DNA from: Flectonema sp. DT1601
Lineage: Eukaryota
NCBI GenBank assembly: GCA_964019425.1
Contig: OZ025780.1
Span: 1,302,001 to 1,366,000, forward strand
DNA: 64,000 nt
Reading direction: 5' to 3'
The notes under the pieces were generated by a model. The model did no database searches. It worked only from the letters and a program-made list of their open reading frames with translations, and had not been told where the DNA came from. The position numbers and the translations under genes were made by a program. Within the stretch, counting starts at the first letter, position 1; every line of letters starts with the position of its first letter. Positions 33,486 through 46,218 of the stretch are shown here, one piece after another.

Positions 33486-35294
33486 CTATGCGGATGAAGC
33501 AAGGTGGTTGGTCTTCATTTCAGCCATCTTGGCAGCGTCGGCGACACCATCAACGCAAGGTGTGATTCCATAGTTTTCAACAAGAAAGTTTACCAAGGTA
33601 GGAGTAAGGAAAGCTGGAAGCTTTGGTCCAAGGTGAACGTTCTTAATGTCAAGGTGGAGGAGAGTTAAGAGAACAGCAACAGCCTTCTGTTCAAACCAAG
33701 AGACTCCAAAGTGAATTGGGAGATCATTAACTGAGTCAGCACCCAAAGCATCCTTCAGAGCTAAAGCAACTCTGACGGCACCGTAGGCATCGTTGCACTG
33801 ACCAACATCAAGCATACGTGGGATTCCTGTGTTTCCAACTTCACCAAATGGATGCTGGTTGAATCTGAACTTACCACATCCTAAAGTTAGAATAACAGAG
33901 TCTTCAGGAGTAGACTGAGCTAAGTTACTAAAGTAAGATCTGCTTGATTCTCTACCATCACATCCTCCAATAACATAAAAGTTTTTAATATCACCCGACT
34001 TGATAGCTCCAACAACAGCATCGGCCTTACTGATGATAGTGTCGGCTCCGAATCCAGTTGTCATCTTTCCCTCTGGCAGGGATGCTACTCTGGCTGGGGA
34101 GAATCCATCACACTCCTTGGCCATCTTAATAACCTCGGAGTAGTCTTCACCCGCAAGGTGCTGAACTCCAGGCCAACCAACGACAGTTCTGGTGAAGATC
34201 CTCTTCTTATAACTTGGCTTTGGTTCAATTAAACAGTTAGTTGTCATAACAATTGGTCCTGGGAAGTTATTGAAGTCCACTCTCTGCTTCTGCCATGCTC
34301 CACCAAAGTGACCCTTGAAGTGAGCGTACTTCTGAAGTTCTGGGTATCCGTGAGCTGGTAGAAGCTCACCATGAGTATAGATATTGATACCTGTACCCTC
34401 AGTTGCTTTTAGAATGTTTGCTGTATCACGGATGTCATGACCAGATACTAAGATACACTTACCTTCAACTGGGTTAGTTGGAACATCCTTTGGTACTGGA
34501 ATACCGTATGAAGTAATGTGAGCCTTCTCAAGTAACGCCATCACATTTAAGTTGACTTCACCAACCTTTAGCGCTACTGGAAGAAGTGACTGTACAGTAG
34601 CATTTGGATCACAAGTGGCTGCCATAACTTCGTGCATTCCACCGTAGATGTCGGGATCCTCAAATCCTTGAACTGCTGCGTGGTGATTGTAAGCAGCCAT
34701 TCCTTTAGTTCCATAAGTAATCAATTCAATAAGACTAAAAGTATCCTCATCCATTCCGAGTGCTCTTGCCAAGACTCCAGCCTCGTCTTCTCCAATCTCA
34801 AAGAGAGCATCAGCATCGCTAACGTCAACAACCCAAGTAGCTGGTGAGTTAGGGAAGGCACTCTTTTGGCCTCCTAATGATTCATACAAGTCCTTTGCCT
34901 TCTGACGCAAGTCAACAGCCTTCTTGATGAATTCATGGAATCTGTCAGCATCGTTGTTGACATTTGTCATTGTTGCGAATAACAACTCTCCAACGAACGA
35001 GTCGATCTCATTGTCAACTCCCTTTACTGCGTCAAGTTTTCTAGCAGCATTAGCGTACAAACAGATTCCTTTCGAAATGTGAACAGCGACATCCTGTAGT
35101 ACTGCAACCTTTGGTCTCTTTCCACACATTCCAATTCGGTCGCAACCTCTCCCTGCGTTTGTCTGTTCGCATTGCATGCAAAACATAATAGGGCTCTCTT
35201 CTCTCATCTGAGCCAAATTCACACAGGAACGTGCCTGAATGGATCGGACAGTAGATACTACCCGAAGGCTGTTCTGAGCAATACGTTTCATCAT
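33486..35294 (-). CDS. hcp: Hybrid cluster protein (hydroxylamine/NO reductase) with a mitochondrial-type presequence
   Basis: MFCMQCEQT...GC...GMCGK, ILVSGHD, YTHGELLPAHGYP, GGCDG, LDVGQCNDAY, SWFEQKAV; ~35-aa Arg/Ser-rich N-terminal extension. Confidence 0.95.
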   Translation of the reverse strand: MMKRIAQNSLRVVSTVRSIQARSCVNLAQMREESPIMFCMQCEQTNAGRGCDRIGMCGKRPKVAVLQDVAVHISKGICLYANAARKLDAVKGVDNEIDSFVGELLFATMTNVNNDADRFHEFIKKAVDLRQKAKDLYESLGGQKSAFPNSPATWVVDVSDADALFEIGEDEAGVLARALGMDEDTFSLIELITYGTKGMAAYNHHAAVQGFEDPDIYGGMHEVMAATCDPNATVQSLLPVALKVGEVNLNVMALLEKAHITSYGIPVPKDVPTNPVEGKCILVSGHDIRDTANILKATEGTGINIYTHGELLPAHGYPELQKYAHFKGHFGGAWQKQRVDFNNFPGPIVMTTNCLIEPKPSYKKRIFTRTVVGWPGVQHLAGEDYSEVIKMAKECDGFSPARVASLPEGKMTTGFGADTIISKADAVVGAIKSGDIKNFYVIGGCDGRESSRSYFSNLAQSTPEDSVILTLGCGKFRFNQHPFGEVGNTGIPRMLDVGQCNDAYGAVRVALALKDALGADSVNDLPIHFGVSWFEQKAVAVLLTLLHLDIKNVHLGPKLPAFLTPTLVNFLVENYGITPCVDGVADAAKMAEMKTNHLASSA

Positions 35295-36517
35295 TTTATT
35301 CTTTTTTTTTTTTGTTGTTTAAACTTTGTAAAATCTGTAAGAGAAAAAAGAAAAAAATATATTAAGAAAATCCTAATACTTGAGACAAAGTGATATATAA
35401 TAAACAATATAATCCTTTCTTTAATATAATATTTTTGGGGAAATAAATTCCCCCAAAATTCTTTTTTCTAACTACAATAAGTATTCTCCATTACGGTAAT
35501 CACAGCACGTTAACAAAGTAATATGAACAGATTTAGTGAGAAATCAGGACAGCCTCGATTTCATGTGAACACGTTATGATTTCACTGCGCAATCTTTACA
35601 AGTTTCGCACAGTGTCATTCAATAATCAGAATAGGAAACAAAAAAAAAATAATAAAATTATAATAATAAAATATAAAAACATGAAGTTGCCACCTGGGTC
35701 AATCTTCCAATCGCTAATAGCCTGCATGGGGAGTAATTCACTATACAGGGATCCGTGCTGCGAATACTTTTTTTTTTTTTTTTTTTTTTACTCCTTATGT
35801 TAATTGTTTAGTTACAAACCAAAAATATTTATTAATATTACTACAACAACACAATAAAAGACTGGGAGAGGTATACAAACCGAATGATAAAATTAAACAA
35901 TGGGGAGAAAACAACAACTAAGATTATCATGGGACTCCATCAGCTGCTATTCCTTTGCCCAACAGTTTAAATAATAATATCGTTTTTTTTTTTAAAAAAA
36001 AAAAGAGAGTAAGAAGTGTTAAATACAACGTGCGTTTCATCAAAGGACGTTGAACAGGAAGATTTTAAAAAATGAAAATATAAAAAAAAGGATGCCTCGC
36101 AATAACAAATTGCGAGTAAGCTTTTTTAACAAATAAGGGAGAGAGAAAAGCATTTGCTTAAACTGTAGACTTCTACTGTACTGAATGAAACTTAGTTCTA
36201 CCTACGAATGAAAAGGTTGATTGAATAACAAGTAACAAACAGCACAACACTAAGTAACCATTCAAATCCCAAACCATCGATAAGAAAGCATTGGTTGGTG
36301 CAAACGCGTTTCATCAAAGGACGAGGAGCGGAAAAGTTCTTCGCAATACTAAAATAAACTCAACAACAAATAAGAAAAAGGAAAGGGAAAAACAAACGTT
36401 GGGCCTTCTGCAGGATTACGCGACGTAACGAATTCAATTTGAACGGTTATGAGGACCGAATAAATGAAGAACAAATACAAATAGCGTAATTTAGAATAAA
36501 AAATAAAATAACAGATA

Positions 36518-36790
36518 GGGCGTACTACAGGAGACTACTGCAAAAGAATAAACAGCTCACAGGAGTGCTACAGCAGACTACTGCAAAAGAACAAACAGCT
36601 CACAGGGAGCATACCGAGTGCTACAGCAGGCTACTGCAAAAGAATAAACAGCTCACAGGGAGCGTATGGAGTGCTACAGCAGACTACTACAAAGAATAAA
36701 CAGCTCAGGGAGCGTACGGAGAGCTACGGGAGACTACTGCAAAAGAATAAACAGCTCACAGAGAGCGTACGGAGTGCTACAGCTAACAAA
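36518..36790. repeat. Minisatellite, ~5 copies of a ~50-bp unit
   Basis: gactactgcaaaagaataaacagctcacag(g)gagcgtacggagtgctacagca, with unit starts near 36533, 36576, 36630, 36682 and 36732. Confidence 0.9.
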
Positions 36791-36986
36791 CAGGATAGAC
36801 CCCCTTCCAGTAAAAAGATGACATATTAATCACTTACTAAATAAAAGTAATAAATTTTACCTGAAGAGAAAAACTCGAAGAATGTAGAAAACAAACAGAT
36901 ATAAAAAGAGAATACCAAACACCGCAATACGATGCCTCCCCAAAGGAACAACCAGACAACAACTTGAATTACATCAAGACATGGAG

Positions 36987-37859
36987 CTAAATATCTAATA
37001 AAGACATCTTAAGATCGTTATCATAATTTTCTTTAAAAGCAACAGTTCTACCTCCTCTGGTGTATCTGTTGACAGGCTTACGGGGTGATCTTAAAATTGA
37101 AGATGCCGGAGTAGCTGGTGAATCAGAATGATCACTAATAATGTCTGTCTTATCAACCAATTCTACTTTTGATTGAATCTTCTCAGAAGTATCAGTCGTG
37201 GTAGCTTCAACTAGTATGGCAACACCTACACCACTTCCAGGACTTTGAATTGGTATTGTTGATGCTCCTCCTGGACTGGATGGTGGAGAAGCAGTCGGAT
37301 TCTTTTGTGAATAACCATCCATCTCAACATCATCAGCGTCAGCTGCTATAAACACTGAAGGTCGTGGATTTAACATCATGTGTCTTAAAATAAATGCAAC
37401 GGCAACTGCTGTGACTGTAGCCACTCCTAAACACATAAATAACCCAATCAGATGTGAAGCAAATGAAAACAATAAAACAGCAATTAAACTACTCGCCAAT
37501 GCAGATGTCCCTGTAATAAGCCCAATAAGCGTTGAGTTATGTCTCCATGAATATGAGCTGCCATGCGCTCTGAAGTCAGCGCTTTTTTCATTTGGAGCGA
37601 TGGATGATTGGAATCTTGCGTGATTTCGAAGTACAAAACAACTACCAATCCCAGCAGGTATCGCAAACGACATCGAAACTACCATTGCTATGACCTCATT
37701 GCTCAATACTAACATCAGAACAATAACGACCATTGAAACTCCAAAAACAAACACACATCCGAGTACTGCTGTTGTCAAAGCATCAAAACTAGGATCCACA
37801 ATTGCATCAGAACCGATCCCCTTTTGATTAGCTGAAGGTGTTGAGTACTGGACTTCCAT
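36987..37859 (-). CDS. Uncharacterised 4-TM membrane protein (two TM hairpins) with a disordered tail
   Basis: Both TM hairpins end in (F/V)(V/I)LR(N)H; S/P-rich C-terminus ending in SLLDI. Confidence 0.7.
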   Translation of the reverse strand: MEVQYSTPSANQKGIGSDAIVDPSFDALTTAVLGCVFVFGVSMVVIVLMLVLSNEVIAMVVSMSFAIPAGIGSCFVLRNHARFQSSIAPNEKSADFRAHGSSYSWRHNSTLIGLITGTSALASSLIAVLLFSFASHLIGLFMCLGVATVTAVAVAFILRHMMLNPRPSVFIAADADDVEMDGYSQKNPTASPPSSPGGASTIPIQSPGSGVGVAILVEATTTDTSEKIQSKVELVDKTDIISDHSDSPATPASSILRSPRKPVNRYTRGGRTVAFKENYDNDLKMSLLDI

Positions 37860-38757
37860 TTTAATACATTCCGCTACCTGGTTGATGAATTACGTACTTT
37901 GAACTCACATTGTTCAATCCCACAGAAAATTGAGATTCAGATTAAAAAAAAAACGATTAAGCAATAGCTGTAGTAGAAATAGAAACAACAAAGATTATAA
38001 ATATAAAACACAAAAAACAGAACATTTTGATACGAAGATCTTCAACAGAATGTTCATCAACTCATTTTGTGACTGGTGAAGGAAAATCGTGCGTGAGACT
38101 TTTTTTTTTTTTTTTGACGAAAAAAACACACCACACACATGCAAGCAATCAAAATATAGTCCGCCCTCTTAATTTACAACAAAGAATGACTGTGTGTGTC
38201 TTACTCGACTGTCGGTAAGATGCGAAGCACGAAAGACAAATACGTTCGCTTTTTTCAATATCCGATCGCTTAAAGGAGTTAGCGACACTTTTTTCAACAG
38301 TAAAAACTAAATTTCAAAAAAAAAAAAAGAAAGAAAGAAAAAGAAATAATAATAATAATAATGGAAATGGCTTTTTAACCTTGAAATACAAAAAGTTCGT
38401 GATTGCACGAAAAAAAGCAAAAATTGGAAAGACTTTTTTTTAAACAAAATAAATCACAATTTACGTACAAGAACAGAATAATGAAATGAGTAAAACAATT
38501 ACTATCTCACTAAGAGAAAAAAAGGAGAAAAAAAAATACGCTTAAACCAAAACAGAAAAAGCTTCCTTATCTAACCAACAAGAGAAGCCATCCAACTGCT
38601 GGTCACTGCGCATAGGTGAGGTTCTCAACTGCAAGAAGGTAGGTTGTTTTCAGACGAATTTTTCGGGTAAAAAATAAAATAAAATAAAAAACACTAACGA
38701 GACATAATACATCACTCAAAAAACTACATAAAATAAAGTAAGGAAAAGGAGTGCAAC

Positions 38758-40017
38758 TTAATTAGCAATACCGAACCCACTCAGCGATCTTGTGGCAGAT
38801 CGGATCTCTGGAGTGATCTCTGTGTAAGTTAATTTACTAGAAGGAATGTCAACTGTGAGTAACCCCCACTTGTGTGAAGTCCGATGATGGTGTACAACAA
38901 TTGCTCCAAATGTGGCACCATTTTGTGCTGCAGCAATATATCCCAGATTCCCACCTGCGTATGAAGGTGGATGACTATCTTCTGCTGTCCCGATAACTTT
39001 CGGTGTCTTACCTGGTCCCCAAATTACAACCTGAAAACTGTGATCTCCAGACTTTGAAGGAGCAAGACTAATAAAGTTATCACTCAAATACATTCGAGTA
39101 ACAGAATAATAAAAGAAACACGATGATGGGACAGGAACAGAATTCCACGACGCAGTTGAGGTACCAGCGAGTGTTACTAATCCAAGACCAGGATCCTCTT
39201 GAGAAGAAACTTTTTTATAACCAATTCGGTAAATTGACTTACCAAACTGCGTCACACCCGTAATATAACCCGCGTAGTATGAGGCTTCGGTTTCATTTGT
39301 TCCCCTTTGGACGTGTCCCAACTCTGATATCGATCCAGTAGTTGGATTAATTTCATAGAAGATGAAGTTAGACTTCTTAAGAATAGAAAATATCATCGTT
39401 CCTGTTTCTTCATGAAAAGTTTGTCCAAGAGGGTATCCAGTAACAAGTGATATGTTCTTTGCGGTACTTTCTCCATTTGTTGAAATCGAATAGAGGATTG
39501 GATTGGTGTTATCAGATCCGTCGAGGAAGTGAAACATTTGATTCTTCGAGTCAAAAGGGAAAACACGAGTACTCTCTCCATACAAAGAATCAGTCCAGGT
39601 CTTAACGGCACCTGTTACTCGAGTGTTACTAATAACATGACCAGTTGAAGACAGAGCTGTGACTTCTAAACCACCACCGAATCCCATAAAGAGAGCGAAG
39701 TAAGACGAAGAGTTCGATTCTTCTTTTACAGCCTCAGTTTCCTTTTTGGTTTTTGGAACTTGCTCATCCTCAAAAACTCTCTGCCATGGTACTGCTGGAT
39801 CACAACAACCAACAGACCCGACATTACATCCAACAGTCCATCTTGGACAGCATCTGGCAGGGTATTCGTTCGATTTTTTAACGCACATTGTCTCATCATT
39901 TAGACAACAAGCATAACCCTGGTCATCCTGACAACAAGTCTCATCACTTGTACATCCACAATCAGCAGCTACACTACAGATCAGCCAAGCAGCTGTCGCA
40001 GCTACAATCGCTTTCAT
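38758..40017 (-). CDS. Secreted protein with a granulin-like paired-Cys N-terminal domain and a beta-rich, propeller-like body
   Basis: Signal peptide, then CGC...TCC...ACC...C...RCCP...C....GCCD; the remainder is rich in beta strands. Confidence 0.7.
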   Translation of the reverse strand: MKAIVAATAAWLICSVAADCGCTSDETCCQDDQGYACCLNDETMCVKKSNEYPARCCPRWTVGCNVGSVGCCDPAVPWQRVFEDEQVPKTKKETEAVKEESNSSSYFALFMGFGGGLEVTALSSTGHVISNTRVTGAVKTWTDSLYGESTRVFPFDSKNQMFHFLDGSDNTNPILYSISTNGESTAKNISLVTGYPLGQTFHEETGTMIFSILKKSNFIFYEINPTTGSISELGHVQRGTNETEASYYAGYITGVTQFGKSIYRIGYKKVSSQEDPGLGLVTLAGTSTASWNSVPVPSSCFFYYSVTRMYLSDNFISLAPSKSGDHSFQVVIWGPGKTPKVIGTAEDSHPPSYAGGNLGYIAAAQNGATFGAIVVHHHRTSHKWGLLTVDIPSSKLTYTEITPEIRSATRSLSGFGIAN

Positions 40018-40925
40018 TTTGTAGAAGGTTGCTGTGTAATAATGTTATACCTGATTGCGGATAAATAAATCCAAAGTTACTACGATTGCTTAGGGGGTCG
40101 TCATTATTATTTTTTCTGTTTCTGTGAAGATATACTTAGTCTACCACCACAACATCAATAATATTATCAAAAAGAATGAGGAGGAAGGAAAAGGACAAGT
40201 CAAGCACTCAAGGCTAAAACTAGGTGTTAATCAAAGCCAAATAGGTTAGGTGGGAAAGACACAACACTTACAAAAAAAAAAAAAAAAAAAACTACCCTCC
40301 ACATCAGAAAAATCAGACTAAGAGATAAACCCGCTCGTATTGTCGTTTTTTTATTCATTTATTTCTTTTAAGGTTGCTAATGTTATGGTAAAAGGTTGTC
40401 GTCTAGAAAAAAAGCTGAAATCCAACTTTGCCTGCCGAGGTTTTCACAGGCGATAATATTCTTTTATGCTGACAACTATTGTAGACGAGACTTTTTACTT
40501 TTACAGGCATGCAATAAGGGCAATTCTTATTTTTTTTTAAGAATAATATTTTGGAGAAAAGAATATTCGCAGGAAGGGGGAAAAAAGGAAAAAGAAAGAA
40601 ACACATAAGGAACACCCAACTATCATTTGGCATCCCGAAAGAACAAAAGGTATCTTAATGGACAACAACAAAAAAAGGAATGTAACTCACGAGGAAAGTT
40701 GCAAAACTACAAACAAAGTGCTGTGAGATAGGCTTGCAGGATACAGGCATAACTCTGTTTGAGATATTGAACACTAAACGTGTCGGACATCATCTTTTCA
40801 TGTTAATTCTTTGTTTTGAAAAAAAAAAAAAAAAAAAAAAAAAAAAACAGAGAGAGAGAGAGAAAAAAAGAGACATTGAGTAATGTAAAGGAAAAAGAAA
40901 AAAATGAAATACTGAAATACTGAAA

Positions 40926-43900
40926 TCAGTAGTAATTTGGTTTTTGCCTGATTTCAGGAGTCACGTCATCATATTTGTCATCGTCGAAATTTTCACCACC
41001 GTACTCAGGATCATCTTCATCGAATCTCTCTTTACGAGGAATTCTCTTTGGTCTTGGTTTTGGTTTTTCACCAGGTTTTGGTCTCTCTTTAGGAGGCATT
41101 CTTAAAATTCTAACAGCGTAGCCTCTATCTGGCATATCAACGTCAGCTGGGTTGTTTGTTTATTTGTTACCGGAGTAATTAAAAGTGAATTCAAGAATCA
41201 TAAAGTACATACCATGATAACCAGCCAAGTCAGATCTCGTCACAGCATCTCTAATCCTCTTAGCAATATCGTTGTTGGAGCGGCGTTCTCCTCCACATGC
41301 CTGAAGGAAACCATTCCAGCCTTCAGCGAGTCTTGAATTAACTGATTTTATTTCTGATACGAGTGCGTTGACCATGTCAGCTGTTGGAAATCCCATTCTT
41401 GAATCATAAAGAGATTTCGTGTGAAAGTAAGGATCGTCTTTGTTTGAGTAATAGTCCTCATCTGGTTTGACGAGATTAGCAAAGAAGACTTGAAACATAA
41501 CTAATTTACACGATGTTTCATTAGCAAAGAAAGCTTCCGATACCATTTCATCATCCTTTGCCATTCTTGGATGGACTAGCCCAGCTGCGAATCTTCTCGA
41601 CTTCTTAACAGACCAACGAACGTGTCTATTAAACAACTCCGACAGGAACGCATTTTTAATGTCCGACCAAGAATATTTCTTACTGATAGTAAGCATACAT
41701 AATATAACACCTAAGTCAGGTGTAATTACTTTATGTCTTTCTGTTGGATATTGTATAAACCTACCGAGATTAGATTCTACAGTATCTTGAAGCTCAGGCC
41801 ACAAGTCAGCTGTGTATAAAAACAGTCGGTGTAGAGCACAATATCCGTTTAAGGCTTTGACACTGGCATGAAGCTGTCCCTTCATAACTTCAACAACCAT
41901 GTGGTTCATAAGTTGTGGTAGAGCTGCTAGACAGTTTCCAATATTTACAGAAACAGCTCTGTCATGGGCTCCTAGTGTGTCATTCTCAACAACGCAAGGT
42001 GGATTGAATCCACCATCGATATCAATTTCAACAGTCGCGTGACTGATAGCAACCGCAGGTATTAATCCAGGAAATCCCCTTCTTGGAACAGTGAAAGCAA
42101 CTCCCAAAGGCTTTCCATTTAAAAAAAATGAAATCTTTCTGCTGTCGGCATCCCATAAGGATCCAACAACATCACCAGGTGCGACTTTTTGACCATATTC
42201 TTCTCTGTCAGCTTTGTGTACTTTCATCCCTTGAGTGGAGAAGCAGAAACCTTGATCATCAGTTCCGATATTGACGTCACCGTTTTGAGTAATCCAACCA
42301 ATCTTTACAACTCCGTGAGCTGCGTACTTACCGGCAACTCTGAGGTTAGGAATAAAACTATACTTAACAATCTCTACCTGAAAGTAGTGACTACCAGCAG
42401 CAGCAAAACGTCCACCACGGATACCTGCCCAACCTGTACTCTTAAACACGTGTCGTTTTCCTGGAAGTCTAGTGAGGTTTTCTTTTCCCTTACCATCGAT
42501 GTCAGCTCCCGCAATAGTCCAGGCGCTGTTTGCTGATCTGACCCCAACAGATAGTTTTTGTAGTTGCGGAATAAACTGTTTCATACTTCTATCAGCGTGA
42601 TGTCTATCAATGTACAATGGGATCCAGTGTGTAAACTTCTCTTTCCAAACTCCAATACGAACTCCTTCATCATAAGCTGTTTTACTAATAGGATCGAATT
42701 GACAAGTAAAAACAGGTCTGCCATGCATTGCTTCAGCTGATAGCACGCCGACACCTAAAATATCTTCAGAAGGTGGTGCTCCAGTAGTAAAACACTTCAA
42801 GTGCTGTGCTTCCCAGAATCTAGCATCTTCATACAATCCTTTCCACGGTGAAAATATCTGAGCTAGGTATCTTCGTTCTCTGTTACGAGGAAGGAAGTCC
42901 ATAACTATCATCATAGCGTCGTCAGGAATGTAAAAGATTTTACTGTGAGTAATCTTCTTTTTCTTCTGTAGTTTTGTTGTTTTTTTTAAACTTTTTGTTT
43001 TAAATAAAAACTACTTTAGTAACAAGAGAACATAATCATACCTTCGAACCCTTCTTTTCGTCAAGTTCCTCCTGTAAAGAGTTGACACATCTATCAATAG
43101 CAGCGATTGCTTGTGGATTGTCACCAACAGAGTCAGTTAGTGCAGCATGGAATTCAGCTAGTGCGAATGGAGGTGCATCATCACAGTCAACAGCAGAAGG
43201 TAGTTCAGGTACTGGTTTAATAGGCGTGTGATCACATTCAGGGCATCGGTAACCTTTTCTGCGTCTAATTATTCTCTCCTCATCAAACTGATTGAGTTGA
43301 ACCATTGTACCAGTAAGACCATTCGGTTTAAAATCATAACTAAAGTTTCGTGGGGCAGGTTGGATGATTTTTAATTTCACAATCAGACTGCCACAGCTAC
43401 CAGACTTTGAGTTTGATTTAATTCCTTGTTTGGTTGGAGGAGGTAATAATTTGAGGACGAGCTCTTGTGATTTCTCCGTCAGGGACTCAGTCTGAACATT
43501 TACAAAACCAATCACATCACGTCCACGTGGAGAGATGTTTACTACCGTGAAGGTCAACACTTCTTTGTTGTAGGATTTTGATTTTTTAAACAATGCCTGC
43601 TCATACCAAGCTGGCGTCGATGGACCCGCTACTTGTGGTAAAATCGAATTACCATCAATCTTGCAGGCCAGAGAAAACTTTCGAGTTGAATATTTCTGAC
43701 TGCCAAATGCAACCTCAACTCTTAATTCAGTACTTAGGTATGGAGCAGCATTGAATTTCTTTGATTCGTGATAAGCAGACATGTCTACATTTAATTTAGT
43801 TGCGAACTGAATATCAGTTACGATTGTGATGTCACGTGGTTTTGGTAAAGAACGTGAAAATACCATATCATTCGATTTGAAGATTCTGTACTTAGGAGCT

Positions 43901-44946
43901 TCGAATTCAGTTCGGCCTTCATCAGCCTCATCACGTTCAAGAGACTTTTTGTAGAGGATCTGATGTGTTTCAAGTGTTCGAATATCGTTGCGGTGCATCT
44001 TAACCCATTTTGGACCCCATAACCCCATACCATCACACCAGCTGTATTTACATTTTCCTGGGACAGCTCCACGGTGCATACAAAATGAATATTGATCAAA
44101 GACGAAATCTGACCAATGCTTGCATTCGCTGTACTGAAGTTGGTATTCCCAGGTACTTTCAGCAGTGTGAGGCTTGATTCGGATGTAGTCACCTTTGCCA
44201 TCACCGGTGTCAACACCGGAGAAGAAGAATGACTGCAATTGAATTAGCAGTGTTTGAATACCATAAGCTGCTGACCAACCTGTGAAAGGTTTTAATGTGT
44301 GTTCAGCTGTGCTAAACTCTCCATCGTTAAGAAGGTCCATACAGATATAACTTCCAAATATATTTGGGTGATCGACATCAGCTCCCAAGATTTTAACCTT
44401 TGGTGGACACGCAGGATATGTTGGTGGGAAGTCAAGCTCTACGTGAAGTACACCTTTACCTGTTACACCACCAGGTGCTGCAAGGTTGCAGTGCCATTTT
44501 AGAAGTGAATCACTTATAGGTTTAGCTGATACACCCCAAGAAGGATCTCTTTCAAGTTTTAAAATTTCTCGAGCCAAACGTCTCGCAGCGCTGTGGCTGA
44601 CAATACCTCGACCAACCCGACCAGCAATTTGTTTTTTAAAAAAGTCTGTTCGCTCTCTGTTGTAGCTCTTGAAAAAACATATTTCAGCGTCTTCGTAGTC
44701 TGTGAGTTCTCTTCTCTTATTTATCTGTTCCTGAAAAGAATTATCGATATCTTGTTGGATGTCAGCCAACCACTGTTTGCGTTCTTTGTCAGTGATTACT
44801 GTTGTTTTGTATTTCTCCGGATCGATGTCCCCCTTGTGGCTTTTTCTGTCCTTGGCAGTAGCCTTCTTTTTCTTGTCTTTTGTGTGAACTTCATGAGATC
44901 TAAGGCCGTCTGCCATAACCTGGCAGTTGGTATCTCCGTTAGACAT
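40926..44946 (-). CDS. Multidomain ubiquitin-conjugating enzyme: UBC + WWE-like + C2 + SPRY + helical C-terminus (~1292 aa; exons 44946-43042, 42965-41213, 41146-40926)
   Basis: FPPTYPACPPKV...HPNIFGSYICMDLL (catalytic Cys); TWEYQ...HWSDF; C2-like GRDVIGFVNV; SPRY-like HYFQVEI...IGW...GDVVGSLWD...ISFFLNGKPLGVAF. Two GT-AG introns join three listed ORFs in frame. Confidence 0.85.
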
Positions 44947-45427
44947 TTCTTTGCAACGCCCAGAGAGTTTAAAAGGCGAGGGCAACCTAAAGCCGTGGAG
45001 GAAAATTAAAATATTACCAACCAGAAAACAACTACGCTAAACATAAATATAAACTGCTGAAAGGAATAGCTTTCCTCTATTTTATGCAGAAAGAGGTAAG
45101 AGATTTATAACACATTGCTGCTGCTTTCTTTTTTTTTTCCCCCACCAATAGCACACCTCAATAAGAACCCAATAAGACTGTTAGAATACGAGTTTGTCGC
45201 TAAGAAATGAAAGACCTCCCTCCACTTCCTATTATCGATAGTTGCTTGTTAACCTAATCGTTAATCTCGACAAGTTGCAACAACAATAACTTGTATTCTG
45301 ATCTAACATCACTATTACCGTGAGGAGGGTAACAGATTCTGACAGCAGATAGAATATTGGTTTGGTTACATAGATAAATAAAAAATATAAAATAAAAAAA
45401 TATTTCAAAAAAAAAAAAAAAAAAACA

Positions 45428-45480
45428 GGTTGCTCTGCTGTTCCATTTAACAATATGGAATACGTAGTTTCACTTGTCCC
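45428..45480. repeat. Interspersed repeat segment A, internally deleted copy
   Basis: ctgctgttccatttaacaatatggaatacgtagtttca|cttgtccc follows a poly-A run, as at 4400 and 11198. Confidence 0.65.
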
Positions 45481-46218
45481 CCCCCCCCCTTTTAGGAATT
45501 TATTTCAGTTTTTTTTTTGATAATTCAGATTTATCAACCGTTCTACTCCAACTGTACATCAGATCTCGTCAGGACAAGTAGGATAATAATAAAGAGAGGG
45601 AAGTGGTGCTCAGTAAGAGCTTCATCACATCTCCAGGACACTGTTTTTTAACTAAATGGGTGTCAGGTTTTTTTTTTTTTTTTTTTTGTACTAAAGGATG
45701 GAGAAGAGACAAAGCAGCAACAATTCATGTGAGTGTGTGTGTGTAGTTTTATTGGGAGGGGGAACCTACCAATTCATTGTTGTAGGAGGAGAAGGAGGGG
45801 AAAGATAAACCAGAAAGGGGGGATAAACTCGCACACCATATATAATACAACTCATCTAGCAACCAGAATACCTTTCTCTGTAAATACAAACGAACAAACA
45901 AAATAAAAGGACAAACTATTTTTCTTTAGTCTTTGAGAAACGTATAGAAATACCTCTTTCAATGTTTCAGAGATCTCAGTCTCGAAAAAACTGACGAAGG
46001 TATTCGCAAGTTAGGTTGTTTCTCTTTTTATTTATTCATTTATTTTTGTTTTAAAAAACTTTCTTTTTTTTTTTTTTATATACTTTTTTTTTTTACCGCC
46101 ATTGCACGCAAGAAAGCTACTGAAATAATCACAACGGGACAACGCACCTCAAGTAATTAAAGTAGACTACAATGGAGAGAGGTAAACATTAAAGTCCTCA
46201 TTATATTTTCTAACTAAT

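Noticed and set aside
36518..36790. ~50-bp periodic repeat considered as CRISPR
   Set aside because: The whole unit is repeated with no distinct spacers, so it is a minisatellite.
40926..44985. Adjacent broken ORFs as pseudogenes or stop-codon reassignment (also 13047-14965 and 55223-63966)
   Set aside because: Every break is repaired in frame by a canonical GT-AG intron, and TAA, TAG and TGA all act as stops.
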